Of a stretch of DNA of 64,000 bases, positions 53,731-64,000 are shown one piece after another. The stretch covers positions 1,856,001 to 1,920,000 of the forward strand of contig JBMNFY010000017.1 of NCBI GenBank assembly GCA_050949565.1, written 5' to 3'. The stretch's first letter is position 1. Each line of letters starts with the position of its first letter. The translations under genes and the position numbers were made by a program. This stretch comes from Kiritimatiellia bacterium. GTDB taxonomy: Bacteria > Verrucomicrobiota > Kiritimatiellia > RFP12 > UBA1067. Under the pieces are notes generated by a model. That model saw only the letters and a program-made list of their open reading frames with translations, made no database searches and was not told the origin of the DNA.

Positions 53731-56124
53731 ATGAACGCTTCTCTTACACGTGCCTGTTTTATCATCGCCGCCGCATACGCCGCTACTGCTGCGCCGCTCG
53801 CCATTCCCAATGCGGGTTTCGAAGAGACTGAGAAGCCGGCTTGGACCCTTGCCGATGGCGGTATGAGTGTCATCACGGAAGCGGCGGCACGAACGGGCAT
53901 ACGCGGTCTGCGCGTCACGGACACCTCCGACAAAAAGGGCAGCAACTGCCGTTCCGCCCCGGTGCCGATCACCGCCGGCAAAACCTACGCGCTCTCCTTT
54001 TGGGGACGTGTGCTGGAAGGCGACGGCGCGGTCGGCGTCTACATACAGTTCGCTGACACGGATAGGCGCGTTCTCACCTCGCCCTCGCGCTACGGCGAGA
54101 TCATCCAGGCCATTCAGGGCGACAAGGGCGAGTGGCATGCTTTCACGCTCTGCGGACGTGCGCCGCCCGAGTCGGCGATGATGTGGGTCTGGGTGCACAG
54201 CTTCGTCGCCTCTCGCGGAATAGCCGACGTGGACGATTTTGCGCTCACCGAGTTGAGCGAGGCCGAGGCAGAGAAGATGCGTATCGAATCCCTGCGTACA
54301 TCGCGGAGCGGTTTCCCGCCGCCCGATCCTGCGCGCGTCGCGCAGATCGCCGCTTGGCTCGCGCCCGCGCCGCACGGTCTGGGACGTCCTGCCACCGATC
54401 GCGAGGCATGGGATCGTTTGACCGCATTGCCCGAAGCGGCCGCGCTGTTGCGTGAAGCGGAAAAGATCATGAACACGCCGCCGCCGGAGTTGCCCGACGA
54501 GCTTTACCTTGATTTCACCAACACCGGCAACCGCCGCAACTACGAACGGCCCTACGGTCAGCGTTCACAGCGTATCAGCACCTTGTTGCTGGCCGAGTGT
54601 CTGGAGAACAAGGGACGCTTTCTGCCGGCGCTTGAACGTGATGTGCTCGCAGTCTGCAACGAGCGAAGTTGGACCATGCCAGCGCATGATAGCAGCCTCA
54701 GCAATTTCAACGGCACGCGCCTGACCATTGACCTCGGTTCTTCCGCACGCGGCTGGCTGCTCGCCGAAGTGGATGCGTGGCTCGGTCACCGCCTCACGCC
54801 CGACGTGCGTACGCGGTTGCGCGACGAGGTTCGTCGGCGCGTGTTGGCGCCCTATCTGGACGTGGTGCGCAACGGCAACATCAACGGCAACTGGTGGATG
54901 CGCTGTGACAACAACTGGAATGCGGTCTGCTCCGCCGGTGTGGTTTGCTGTGCCTTGGCGTTGCTGGAGCCGCGCGAAGAACGCGCTTTGGTGCTGGCCG
55001 CCATGGAGTTCTCCAACCCCTTCTTCATCAGCGGTTTTACCGACGACGGCTATTGCAGCGAAGGCATGGGATATTGGAACTACGGGTTCGGCCATTACGT
55101 GATGATGGGGCTTGCCGTGCGTGCGGCTACTGGTGGTCGGCTTGATATTTTCACCGACGAGAAGCTGCCGCGCATCGCCGCGTATGCCAAGGGTTATCAG
55201 ATTCAGTCGGGCCGCTCACCTTGGTTCGCGGACGGTGGCGGTGCGCCGAGTCCCGGTGTCTGGGCGCTGCTCCGGCAGGTCTTTCCCGAGGCCGTGCCGA
55301 CCGACGTCCCTATGCCCGCGCTGCTGAAGGGCGACCACGCCACCATCGGGCTGCGGGCTTTCGGACAGGAGCCGCCGTGGACCGCTGTCGAGGATCGCCT
55401 GCCGATCCGTACCTACTTCCAAGACGCGCAAGTCCTGATTACGCGCTCCGGTGGCGCGACCAACGAGGTGCCGTTCGGTGCGGCCGTCAAGGGCGGGCAC
55501 AACGCCGAACATCACAACCACAACGACCTCGGCTCGTATGTCGTGGTACTCGACGGCGTCGAGATGTTGGGCGATCCCGGCGGTGAGACCTACACGCGCC
55601 GGACCTTCAGCCGCGAGCGGTATGTCAGCCCGATGCTGAACTCGTACGGTCACCCCGTGCCGGTGGTGGCGGGTCAACTCCAAGTGACCGGTCGACGCGC
55701 CGCCGCGCGTGTGCTGGAGACCGCATTCAGCGACACACGCGACCGCATCGAACTCGACATTGCGGCGGCATACGACGTGCCCGCGCTGACCGCGTTGAAA
55801 CGAAACTTCACGCATGACCGGACAGCGCGCGTGATCGAGATCAGCGACGAGGTTCGTTTCACGACGCCGCAGACATTCAGCGTGCCGCTCGTCACCTATC
55901 GCGATGTGACGCGTAAAGACGACACCACGCTGCATTTCCACGACAAAAAGCGTTGTGTCGAGGTGAAGATCGCTACCGAGGGCGGAACTTGGAAGTTGGA
56001 AGACGAGCAGCTTGAGAACCCCGGCAAGGCCTCGCCGCGCCGTCTGGCCGTGACCTTCGCCGCGCCTGTAACCTCTGCCCGCGTACGTATCACCATCACC
56101 CCCGTAGTCGGATTCAAACCCTAG
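53731..56124 (+). CDS. Heparinase II/III-like polysaccharide lyase with N-terminal CBM4/9-like domain
   Basis: NAGFEE (CBM); NNWNAVC, DDGYCSEGMGYWNYGF, KGGHNAEHHNHNDLGSY and DPGGETY; ATG at 53731. Confidence 0.8.
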   Translation: MNASLTRACFIIAAAYAATAAPLAIPNAGFEETEKPAWTLADGGMSVITEAAARTGIRGLRVTDTSDKKGSNCRSAPVPITAGKTYALSFWGRVLEGDGAVGVYIQFADTDRRVLTSPSRYGEIIQAIQGDKGEWHAFTLCGRAPPESAMMWVWVHSFVASRGIADVDDFALTELSEAEAEKMRIESLRTSRSGFPPPDPARVAQIAAWLAPAPHGLGRPATDREAWDRLTALPEAAALLREAEKIMNTPPPELPDELYLDFTNTGNRRNYERPYGQRSQRISTLLLAECLENKGRFLPALERDVLAVCNERSWTMPAHDSSLSNFNGTRLTIDLGSSARGWLLAEVDAWLGHRLTPDVRTRLRDEVRRRVLAPYLDVVRNGNINGNWWMRCDNNWNAVCSAGVVCCALALLEPREERALVLAAMEFSNPFFISGFTDDGYCSEGMGYWNYGFGHYVMMGLAVRAATGGRLDIFTDEKLPRIAAYAKGYQIQSGRSPWFADGGGAPSPGVWALLRQVFPEAVPTDVPMPALLKGDHATIGLRAFGQEPPWTAVEDRLPIRTYFQDAQVLITRSGGATNEVPFGAAVKGGHNAEHHNHNDLGSYVVVLDGVEMLGDPGGETYTRRTFSRERYVSPMLNSYGHPVPVVAGQLQVTGRRAAARVLETAFSDTRDRIELDIAAAYDVPALTALKRNFTHDRTARVIEISDEVRFTTPQTFSVPLVTYRDVTRKDDTTLHFHDKKRCVEVKIATEGGTWKLEDEQLENPGKASPRRLAVTFAAPVTSARVRITITPVVGFKP

Positions 56125-56131
56125 ACAACGA

Positions 56132-57034
56132 ATGAAAAAACGTGCACCACTCAAACTCTCTTTTGACTACATGGACACTGCTGAGCGGCGTGTCCTCTCG
56201 CTCGAAGATGACGGCTTGTTTTGTCTGCCCGTCATCGGTTTTGACAATTACCGCAAAAAATGGCAACAGGCCGCGCTTCATGTCCATGAAGAGTGTCTTG
56301 AGATAACCTTATGTCTGCGCGGCGACTTGGAGTTTGAGACCCGGAGCAAGACCTATCCGTTCAAACCCGGGAGCATCTTTGTTTCGGGGCCGAAGGACGT
56401 CCACCGCTTGAAGTCCTACCCCAAAGGCATGAGCAAGTACTGGCTCCTGTTCCGCATTCCGGGGCCGGATTGCCGACTTCTCGAATTGCCGCAAAAGGAG
56501 GCCCGGTCACTTGTTCATGATTTGACGCATCTCCCGAACCGTCTTTTCGCCGGGACAGATGAAGTCCAGCGTCTTTTCAAGAAACTGTTCCAGCAATACG
56601 ACACGCTGCCGGCCAAGACACCGGATCGGTCGTTGCGTCTGCGGTCAACGGCCCTGTCGCTTCTACTGGCGATCGTGGACGCGGCGTCTTCCCCGCCGCG
56701 CGAACGCCCCGAGGTACGGCTAGAGCGGATCATCGCGGAAATGCGCGCGCATCCCGAACGCTCATATCCGATTGATGTTCTTGCCGAAAAGGCCGCCCTC
56801 TCGCCAAACAGCCTTCTTACGCGCTTCAAACGTCTCACGGGGTCGCCGCCTCATGCGTTCCTGATCGCGCAACGCATTGCTCGCGCCAAGGAGATGCTGG
56901 CCGAAGATAAACCGATCTCCCTCATTGCGGATCAACTCGGCTTTTCATCCCCGCAACACTTTTCCAGCCTGTTCAAAGAGATCACCGGGCATACACCTTC
57001 TAAATGGCGGATGTACAGAAAATCACCGAAGTGA
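56132..57034 (+). CDS. AraC-family transcriptional regulator
   Basis: Cupin HVHEECLEI..H; C-terminal double HTH LAEKAALS..FKRLTG..IADQLGFSSPQHFSSLFKEITGHTPSKWR. Confidence 0.93.
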   Translation: MKKRAPLKLSFDYMDTAERRVLSLEDDGLFCLPVIGFDNYRKKWQQAALHVHEECLEITLCLRGDLEFETRSKTYPFKPGSIFVSGPKDVHRLKSYPKGMSKYWLLFRIPGPDCRLLELPQKEARSLVHDLTHLPNRLFAGTDEVQRLFKKLFQQYDTLPAKTPDRSLRLRSTALSLLLAIVDAASSPPRERPEVRLERIIAEMRAHPERSYPIDVLAEKAALSPNSLLTRFKRLTGSPPHAFLIAQRIARAKEMLAEDKPISLIADQLGFSSPQHFSSLFKEITGHTPSKWRMYRKSPK

Positions 57035-57128
57035 TATTTAATCCCTCGGCTTGCCTTTGTCGATTTATACTTGTGCCCTAATTACGTCGTGTTCTGTTTG
57101 TAAACTCACAACCGAAAGGAGACAGAAG

Positions 57129-60100
57129 ATGAAACATCAAAAGCAGTCGTTAAGTTTCATTACAATCGGACTCGCGAGCATTTGCACGATGCTGGCCGGA
57201 GGTGTCGTCGCATCGCTGCCGACACCGATGGCGTGGTTCACGATGGCCGAAGTCGAAGGGGCAGGAACCGTTATCGACGCATCCGGGAACGGGCGCAATC
57301 TCACCTTAGGGGCGAACGTGCAGATTGTCGACACCGAGCGGCACGGCAAGGCACTCAAATTCAGCGGCACGACGGCTGACTGGGCGCGGTTCTCCTGCCC
57401 CGCAGTCACGAACACCACGATTTCGTTCTGGCTCAACCGCGATGCGCAGGACAGTTCAATCACCAATGCCTCCGGCACCGAGTTGAACACGATTCCCTAT
57501 TTTCTCAATACCGGCTATTCGGGGTTCGGTATCAACTACGGAAGGAACACCGAAAACATATCGTTTATCAATCAAGCTAACAGTCCGCAGAGTAATTTTT
57601 TGGCTTTCGATGTATTGGCCAGATTGGCTTGGCACCATGTGGCGATTATCGTTGAACACATAGGGACGGACACAGTGAGCGGTTTCGAGATCCTGAAGTG
57701 TACCTCTTGTCGCGACGGATATTTTTACAAAAGTATCGTCTGGACGAACAATGCGGCGATGCGGACAGGTACCCAGACCGCCACGATCGGTAACAGCGGT
57801 GCCGGCGGTAATCGCCCGATCTCTGGTCTGATGGCCGACATCCGTTTTTACGATCAGGCACTGACCCCCGCCCAAGTTGTGCAGGTTGCCTCAGAGGGCG
57901 GCGGTGCTGGCGCGCCCGAGCTGGTCATGCACTGGCCCTTCGACGAGATGACCGCGAATGAGGACGGCACATTCACGACGCCCGAGGCCACCGGTAGCGG
58001 TGCCACCATGACGTTGGGGGAGAACATGACGCTCGTCGACGACGGGGTCATCGGCAAGGCTCTGTGTTTCAGGGGCACGAGCGGTCTCGGCGGCAGGGCG
58101 ACGTCGATCGATCGTCCGGTCTACGAATATACGGCCACATGCTGGGTGCGGCGTTCGAGTCAGGCTCATCTGTACGACGCACTGGTCGATAAGCCCTATC
58201 CGCGTCTTTTTGACAGCTTCACCTCTTCGGGTGGTGGCGGTTACTGCATTTTTGAAGATCTCGCCGATAACGGCAAGGGCTTTTCCCTGATGCCGGCCGG
58301 GGCGGGCACCACGTTTAAGGCCGTACTTGGCACGCGCTCTCCGATGTCGATGTGTGGAGTCACTTGGCCATGGTGACGCGTTACATCACGGAGGGCGCTG
58401 ACGCAGGCAAGGGCATCATCGATTTTTACGTGAACGGGGAGCCGGTCCATTCATACGATCTCCAGGCTGTGTTCAATCTGGTGCCAGTGCAGGCAGGTCG
58501 GGTATTCTGGGTTGGCAATGCAAACAGCGGGTACGATGGCAACCGTTATTTCTGTGGCGAGTTTGACGATTTTCGCATCTACGATGGCGCGCTATCGTCC
58601 AACGAGGTTAGGCGCATCTCCCGTGGACTGGCGGCGATTTCCGCCGGATCGGACTTCACCGTCACCGGAGACTCGGCGGTTCTGGCCGGTACGGTCGGCA
58701 ATCAAGCCGAGGGCACGTTGCGCAAGGGGTACGCCGGTACGACGGCATGGTCGCTCGTTTCGGCACCTGAGGGCGGGGAGGGTGCTGTCATCCTCCAGCC
58801 GGAAGCCGCGCTCACGTCTGTCACGTTGCCAGTCGCGGGAGAGTACGTCTTCCGCCTCACGATTTCCGACCTTGGTGCCTCGATGTCGGATGACGTCACG
58901 GTGACCCGCGTCGTCGAGGATACCGCCAACACAGCACCGACCGTTTCGCTGGCGGCGATGGCGGCGATGGCGGCGGTCACGCTGCCGGCGCCTCTGGAGC
59001 TTACGGCGACCGTCTCCGACGATGGCAGGCCGGCACCAGCGGCGCTCCGCACGCGCTGGACCAAAAAGTCAGGCCCCGGCGGTGTGTGGTTCGAGCCTGC
59101 GGACGCCGTGTCGACCAAGGCGTATTTCTCGGTCGGCGGCACGTATGTCCTCACCTGTTGCGCGGATGACGGACAGGCGCAGACGGCCTCCGACGTGACG
59201 GCGACGGTGGCGGACGCTGCGGACGGTGACACGCTCACGAACGGCCTGACGCGTTGCTGGACGCTGGAGGGGCATGCCCTGCCGTTCGGTACGGATGCGG
59301 TGACGGGCACGCCGATAAGCAGTGCCCCGGACTATGTGACACGTGTCTATCTGCCGGGCAGGCTCGGAAACGGCATCCGCTGCATGGGCGCACACCTCTC
59401 TTACTTCAACACCGGACTATCCTTTGCGGAGACCAAGGATCCGGCCATGACCCAAAACTGGTGGCCTGTGGAGCAGTACCAGACCATCAGCGCGTGGATT
59501 AAGATCGACTCCACAGACACCAACGAGGTGTTGGGTGCAAACATCCTCATGCAGCCGTATACGCTCGGCATCCGCTACAACGAAACAGGTACGTCCGCGC
59601 AGACGGGCGGCTTCTGCATTCATCAGCAGGGTGCCCTTGATACGGGCGGGATTAACATCGGTTGGGCACGGTATTTCTATCCCGCGCCGACGGTGAGTCC
59701 TGTCGATCGTTGGATGCACATCTGCGCTGTCGTCGACCGTCGTGAGGGGGAGGACATGGAGATGTGGTATGACGGTGTCAAGCAGACGCGGCTGAACACG
59801 GGTTCTGCTCGCGGTCGTGTAAATGGCAACAAAATCCTGCTTGGTGGACATGACAAGGCGGACGGAAACGACTACAACGGGTGCTGGACGAACTCCGTTT
59901 CCGGCGGGTTCTACAGCCGCACCTTTCCCGGCGTGATCGACGAGGTGCGCATCTGGACGCGCAAGTTGTCGGAGGGTGAAATCCGCTATCTGGCGGCGAA
60001 CCCGGTGATCGACCCCAATCGTGCGCCGACGATTGACGTGCCGGATGTGCCGCCACGGATGGTGGAGAAGCGCGTTACGGCGGTAGCGGCGGCTGTGTTT

Positions 60101-60331
60101 GATGATGCATTGCCCACAGGTAGTGTGCTGACGTATGCGTGGAGTGTACTTTCGGACAATGCGTCCGATGCTGTCTTCGGCGACGCGTCGGTGCGCGAGA
60201 CGACCTTCACCGCGTACGCGGCCGGTACATACAAGCTCCAGCTTGTTGTTTCGGACGGCGAGCGGACAACCTATTCGCGGATCTGCACTGTGGATGTGTC
60301 TACAGCGGGAACCCTGATCCGCATCCGGTAA
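57129..60331 (+). CDS. Secreted multi-LamG / PKD-like protein; frameshift near 58325
   Basis: Signal peptide; three LamG-like units (WHHVAI..ADIRFYDQALT, WSHLAM..DDFRIYDGALS, WMHICAV..DEVRIWTRKLS); PKD-like units (WSLVSAP..GEYVFRLTISD, WTKKSGPG, GTYKLQLVVSDG). ORFs 57051..58376 and 58352..60331 join. Ends GTLIRIR. Confidence 0.8.
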
Positions 60332-60447
60332 ACACGAAGGATGGAGAGGAATCAGAAGTGAAAATCGTGAAAAGATACGCAGATACCACCCCGGCCACAA
60401 ATAATGCCGCAACTCTGGACAGCGACCATAGCCGTTCAAGTGGAACC

Positions 60448-62373
60448 ATGAAACACATGAAATTTCATGAAAAACAGGGGCTCCTTGGCGGTTTCAGAAG
60501 GCGTTCAACTTTCAACGCTCAATTAAGTGTGCAAAATTTGGAGTGCGGTGACAAGAGTCGCGCTGTGCGCGGGTCGCGGCACCGCTTTCTCTCCGCGCTG
60601 TGCGCGGAGACACTCTTAGTCCTCACTCTTAATGCCTTTGCGCTTGCGCTGGTGTGTGGCTGCGCTGTGTGCGAGAAGACGGCGCAGCCAGCGATAGGCC
60701 CGGCGGCGCCGCTCGTGTTCACGGGTGACGTGCGCGGCGGGGCGCTCATCGAAGCGCCCGGTGGTGCCGAGCAGACGTTCGAGTGCTGGTTCATGGCGCT
60801 CGGTATGGGTCAAGGCGACAAACCCTATGACCGTATCGTGCAGACGCCGGACTGGTACCTTCACACGATCGCGAGCGAAGACGAGGTGAGCGCACTGACC
60901 TTCGGTTACACAGGTGCCGACGGGAAGGTACAGGGTTTCGGCAATCTCGGTGGCGCTGAGGGCGTCTATTTCGGCAAGTGGCAGCATGTCGCCGTCACGT
61001 ACGCGCCCGAGGGTTTCCGCGTCTACCTGAACGGTACGCTGATTTCCGGTGCCAAGGCACTTGCGCGCGCGCTTCCCGAGTCGCTCAAAGGCGGCCTTGC
61101 GTGTCTCGGCAACAGTTCCTTTGGCGCGCAGCGTGCATTTAAGGGCAAGATCGCGGGTGCGCGCTTTCTTGATCGTGCGCTGTCTGCCGCCGAGGTCGCC
61201 GCGCGTGCGACGATCAATCCCGACGGTAAGCCCATTGAGGTGCCGCCGAGCGCGGCAGCGACCGAGGCCGATCAAATTCCGGTCGTCGATATCTCGACCG
61301 ACGCGTCGCGCCAAGTGATCATAGCCGAAGGAGCGAAAGACCGCTACGAAGGCCATCCGACGACACTCCTCGCAGATGACGGTCGGACGATGTTCTGCGT
61401 CTGGACGACGGGACACGGCGGCCCGTGCGGACAGATGGCGCGTTCGGACGATGGCGGCTTGACGTGGACGCGGCTCGATGCGACACTTCCCGAGGTCTAC
61501 GGGCGTACCCACCAGAACTGTCCCGTGCTGCAAAAAGCGAAGGGGCCGGACGGCAAAATGCGGTATTTCATCTATAGTGCTAAGGCTAGGGAAGGGCGCG
61601 GCCTCGGCATCCTCATGAGTGAGGATCTCGGTAAAAGCTGGCGGGAAATGCCCTTTCAGGCGCATCTTTCCGCAGGCATGCCGCCGACGGGCTTCATGGT
61701 GCTTAAGGACGGCACCTGTGCCCTGTTCGGGCAGATCTTCAAGTCGCGTGCGAAGGCCAAGGACCGCCCCACCGACGACCAAGCGGTGTGGATGTCTGTC
61801 TCGCAGGACGGCGGTATCACTTGGGGGCCGTCGCGCATTGTCGCGGAAGCCGACCGGCGTAACCTCTGCGAGCCGTGCTGCCTGCGTTCGCCGGACGGCA
61901 ATACGCTTGTCCTGATCATGCGTGAGAACCGTCACCGCGGGCGTAGCATGATGTGCTTCTCGCGGGACGAGGGCCAGACGTGGACGACGCCGGTCGACAC
62001 GCCGTGGGCGCTGACCGGCGACCGTCACGAAGGCGTGCTGCTGCCGGACGGACGCTATGTGATTGCGTTCCGTGACCGGGCGCTCGGCTCGGAGACGTAC
62101 GGCCAGTTCATGGCGTGGGTCGGCACATGGGAGGATATCGTGCATGCCCGTCCTGGTCAGTACCGTATCCACCTGCTGCGTCACTACGGTCGCGGTGGTG
62201 TCTATCCGAGTGGCGACGGCGACACCGGTTATCCGGGGGTGGAACTGTTGCCGGACGGCACGCTGGTCTGTACCACCTACACGCGCCATTTCCCCGACGA
62301 CCGTCAGAGTTCAGTGGTCCTCACGCGCTTCAAGATCGAAGAGATCGATAACCTTTACAGGAAAGCCAAATGA
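60448..62373 (+). CDS. BNR/Asp-box (sialidase-like) glycoside hydrolase with LamG domain, probable lipoprotein; start uncertain (GTG 60358 or ATG 60448)
   Basis: Asp boxes SDDGGLTW, SEDLGKSW, SQDGGITW and SRDEGQTW; YEGHPTT, LCEP and DTGYPG; lipobox-like LVCGC. Confidence 0.8.
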   Translation: MKHMKFHEKQGLLGGFRRRSTFNAQLSVQNLECGDKSRAVRGSRHRFLSALCAETLLVLTLNAFALALVCGCAVCEKTAQPAIGPAAPLVFTGDVRGGALIEAPGGAEQTFECWFMALGMGQGDKPYDRIVQTPDWYLHTIASEDEVSALTFGYTGADGKVQGFGNLGGAEGVYFGKWQHVAVTYAPEGFRVYLNGTLISGAKALARALPESLKGGLACLGNSSFGAQRAFKGKIAGARFLDRALSAAEVAARATINPDGKPIEVPPSAAATEADQIPVVDISTDASRQVIIAEGAKDRYEGHPTTLLADDGRTMFCVWTTGHGGPCGQMARSDDGGLTWTRLDATLPEVYGRTHQNCPVLQKAKGPDGKMRYFIYSAKAREGRGLGILMSEDLGKSWREMPFQAHLSAGMPPTGFMVLKDGTCALFGQIFKSRAKAKDRPTDDQAVWMSVSQDGGITWGPSRIVAEADRRNLCEPCCLRSPDGNTLVLIMRENRHRGRSMMCFSRDEGQTWTTPVDTPWALTGDRHEGVLLPDGRYVIAFRDRALGSETYGQFMAWVGTWEDIVHARPGQYRIHLLRHYGRGGVYPSGDGDTGYPGVELLPDGTLVCTTYTRHFPDDRQSSVVLTRFKIEEIDNLYRKAK

Positions 62374-64000
62374 ACAAAACCTTCTTTCTGGGAGTGGCGG
62401 CGAGTGTCGCATTGAGCGGGAGTGCGCTCTGCGGCGAAGCACTGCGTCCGCCTGCTATGCACGTGCTGCCTGATGGTGCGATTCAAGCGCGGGCGTGGCT
62501 CCGGCATCAGCTCGAACTGCAACGCGATGGCCTGACGGGACATGCGGAGGAGCTTTACGATGACATTGGTAACAGCGACTGGCTGACCGGCGCAGGACGG
62601 GGCGGCCAGTACGCCTGGGAACGCGGTCCCTATTACGCGAAGGGGCTTGTGGCACTAGCACTGGCGCTGGACGACGCCGCGCTCAAAGCGAAGGCGAAGC
62701 GCTGGGTGGATGCCATCCTCGCGAGTCAACGGCCGAATGGCGATTTCGGTCCGCGCGAACGCAACTGGTGGGCGAACATGATCGCGCTCTGGCTCGTGCG
62801 CGATTGGTGCGCGGCGACCGACGATCCGCGTGTACCGCCGTTTCTGGAGCGTTACTTTGCGTTTCAGGCGCAGGAATTGCAACGCTATACGTTGGTGGAT
62901 GAGTCCAAGTGGGCCATGGCCCGCGGCGCGGATGAACTGGACGTGGTTCTCTGGTTGCACGCGCGTACGGGCAAGAGGGAGCTTGAGGCGTTTGCCCGTC
63001 TGCTGTCGGGGCAGATCGCCGATTGGAGCACCTTCTATCATCGCGGCGGCGACCCCTCAAAGGCGGGCTGCCGCAGCCACATCGTCAACTTCATGCAGGG
63101 CATCAAGGCACCGCCGCTGCAGTGGCGCGTCAACGGTGATCCCCGCCACCGCAACGCCTATGCGGCGGCGTTTGCGCCGGACGGTTGGATCATGACCTCC
63201 TACGGTCGGCCCGACCGCATGGTGAACGGCAGCGAGCCGCTTTCAAGTCGCAATGCATCAGAGGCCACGGAACTCTGTGCGATTGCCGAGCGCATCCTCA
63301 GCAATCTGGTGGCGCTGAGCACGTGGGGTGACGCCAGCATCGGCGATGATCTGGAGACGGTGGCGTACAATACGCTACCCGCGACTCTCGGCGCGGATGG
63401 ACGCGGTATGCGCTACTACAACATTCTCAACCTGCCGTACTGTGTGGATGGGCGCTACGGGTTTGTCAATAACGGCGAAAAGGTTGGATCACTTTGTCCC
63501 GGTCCGCATTCAGGTTTTGGCTGTTGCCGCTCTAACTTCCATTTCGCTTGGCCGAAATTCGTCCAGTCCCTTTGGATGCAAACGGCCGATGGCGGCCTCG
63601 CGGCGACAGCGTACGGACCTTGTACGGTGACGGCGGTCGCTGGCGGCACGCAGGTGACGGTGGAGGAGACGGGGAGCTATCCGTTCGGGCCGGATGTGAA
63701 GCTGACCTTCCGCGCGGGTGCGGCGACGTTTCCGCTCAAGCTGCGTATCCCCGGATGGTGTCGTGCGCCTCGGGTGACGGTGAACGGCGCAGCCGTGGCG
63801 GATGTCAAGCCGGGTTCATTCTGCACGGTCGCCCGTGCTTGGAAGCCGGGCGATGAGGTGGCGCTGCACTTCCCGATGGAGGTGACTGTCTCGGGCGGCT
63901 GGGATCGGGATGCGGCGGTGGTGACGCGGGGGCCGTTGCTCTATGCGCTCAAGCTCGCTTATGAAGACAAGGTGGTCGAGTCTTACGAGGTGCCGTTTGA
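62370..64000 (+). CDS. GH127/GH146-like beta-L-arabinofuranosidase-family protein (3' truncated by window end)
   Basis: Manual translation from ATG 62370 (ATGA overlap) gives a signal peptide, WLRHQLELQRDGLTGH, WERGPYY, SHIVN, TELCAIAE, LETVAYNTLP and GCCRSNFHFAWPKF. Confidence 0.85.
   Translation, partial: MNKTFFLGVAASVALSGSALCGEALRPPAMHVLPDGAIQARAWLRHQLELQRDGLTGHAEELYDDIGNSDWLTGAGRGGQYAWERGPYYAKGLVALALALDDAALKAKAKRWVDAILASQRPNGDFGPRERNWWANMIALWLVRDWCAATDDPRVPPFLERYFAFQAQELQRYTLVDESKWAMARGADELDVVLWLHARTGKRELEAFARLLSGQIADWSTFYHRGGDPSKAGCRSHIVNFMQGIKAPPLQWRVNGDPRHRNAYAAAFAPDGWIMTSYGRPDRMVNGSEPLSSRNASEATELCAIAERILSNLVALSTWGDASIGDDLETVAYNTLPATLGADGRGMRYYNILNLPYCVDGRYGFVNNGEKVGSLCPGPHSGFGCCRSNFHFAWPKFVQSLWMQTADGGLAATAYGPCTVTAVAGGTQVTVEETGSYPFGPDVKLTFRAGAATFPLKLRIPGWCRAPRVTVNGAAVADVKPGSFCTVARAWKPGDEVALHFPMEVTVSGGWDRDAAVVTRGPLLYALKLAYEDKVVESYEVPF

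Noticed and set aside
58951-58977. GGCGGCGAT x3 (AAMAAMAAV), and the GACGAA poly-Ser tract near 47186-47206, as phase-variation loci
   Set aside because: Unit lengths are multiples of three and sit in linkers, so slippage would not switch expression.

Overview
GC-rich bacterial chromosomal window. The gene content (passenger-repeat adhesins, NPCBM/GH2, GH10, GH127-like, heparinase II/III-like, sialidase-like and SGNH enzymes) and repeat style suggest a polysaccharide-degrading PVC-superphylum organism, most likely Kiritimatiellae/Lentisphaerae; this is an inference. Left to right: a HipA/XRE toxin-antitoxin pair, DUF3999- and DUF2339-like envelope genes, a ~1950-aa lectin/passenger-repeat surface protein, housekeeping genes, a GH10 xylanase, a duplicated lemA/M48-peptidase module, a second ~1970-aa passenger-repeat protein whose 5' end is cut by an IS4-like element, a 2997-bp tandem duplication (IS 3' part + rhaB + surA 5' part) that creates a SurA::transposase fusion, rsmA, a KS::CLF-like fusion, a GH2 beta-galactosidase, a COG3014/YcfL/LpoB lipoprotein operon and a CAZyme cluster with an AraC regulator. 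Two signals stand out. (1) Three large secreted proteins of differing domain architecture, none with an autotransporter barrel, all end in G-[ST]-hydrophobic-hydrophobic-x-hydrophobic-R-stop, a candidate C-terminal export/sorting signal. (2) A modular, nested family of non-coding repeats (GGAG/GTGG-footed REP doublets, MITEs with TIRs and target duplications, 6-9-mer tracts) fills the intergenic spaces and appears to donate protein termini. About ten small indels break otherwise intact genes, so the assembly probably carries indel errors and pseudogene calls are tentative. No rRNA, tRNA or CRISPR array was seen.
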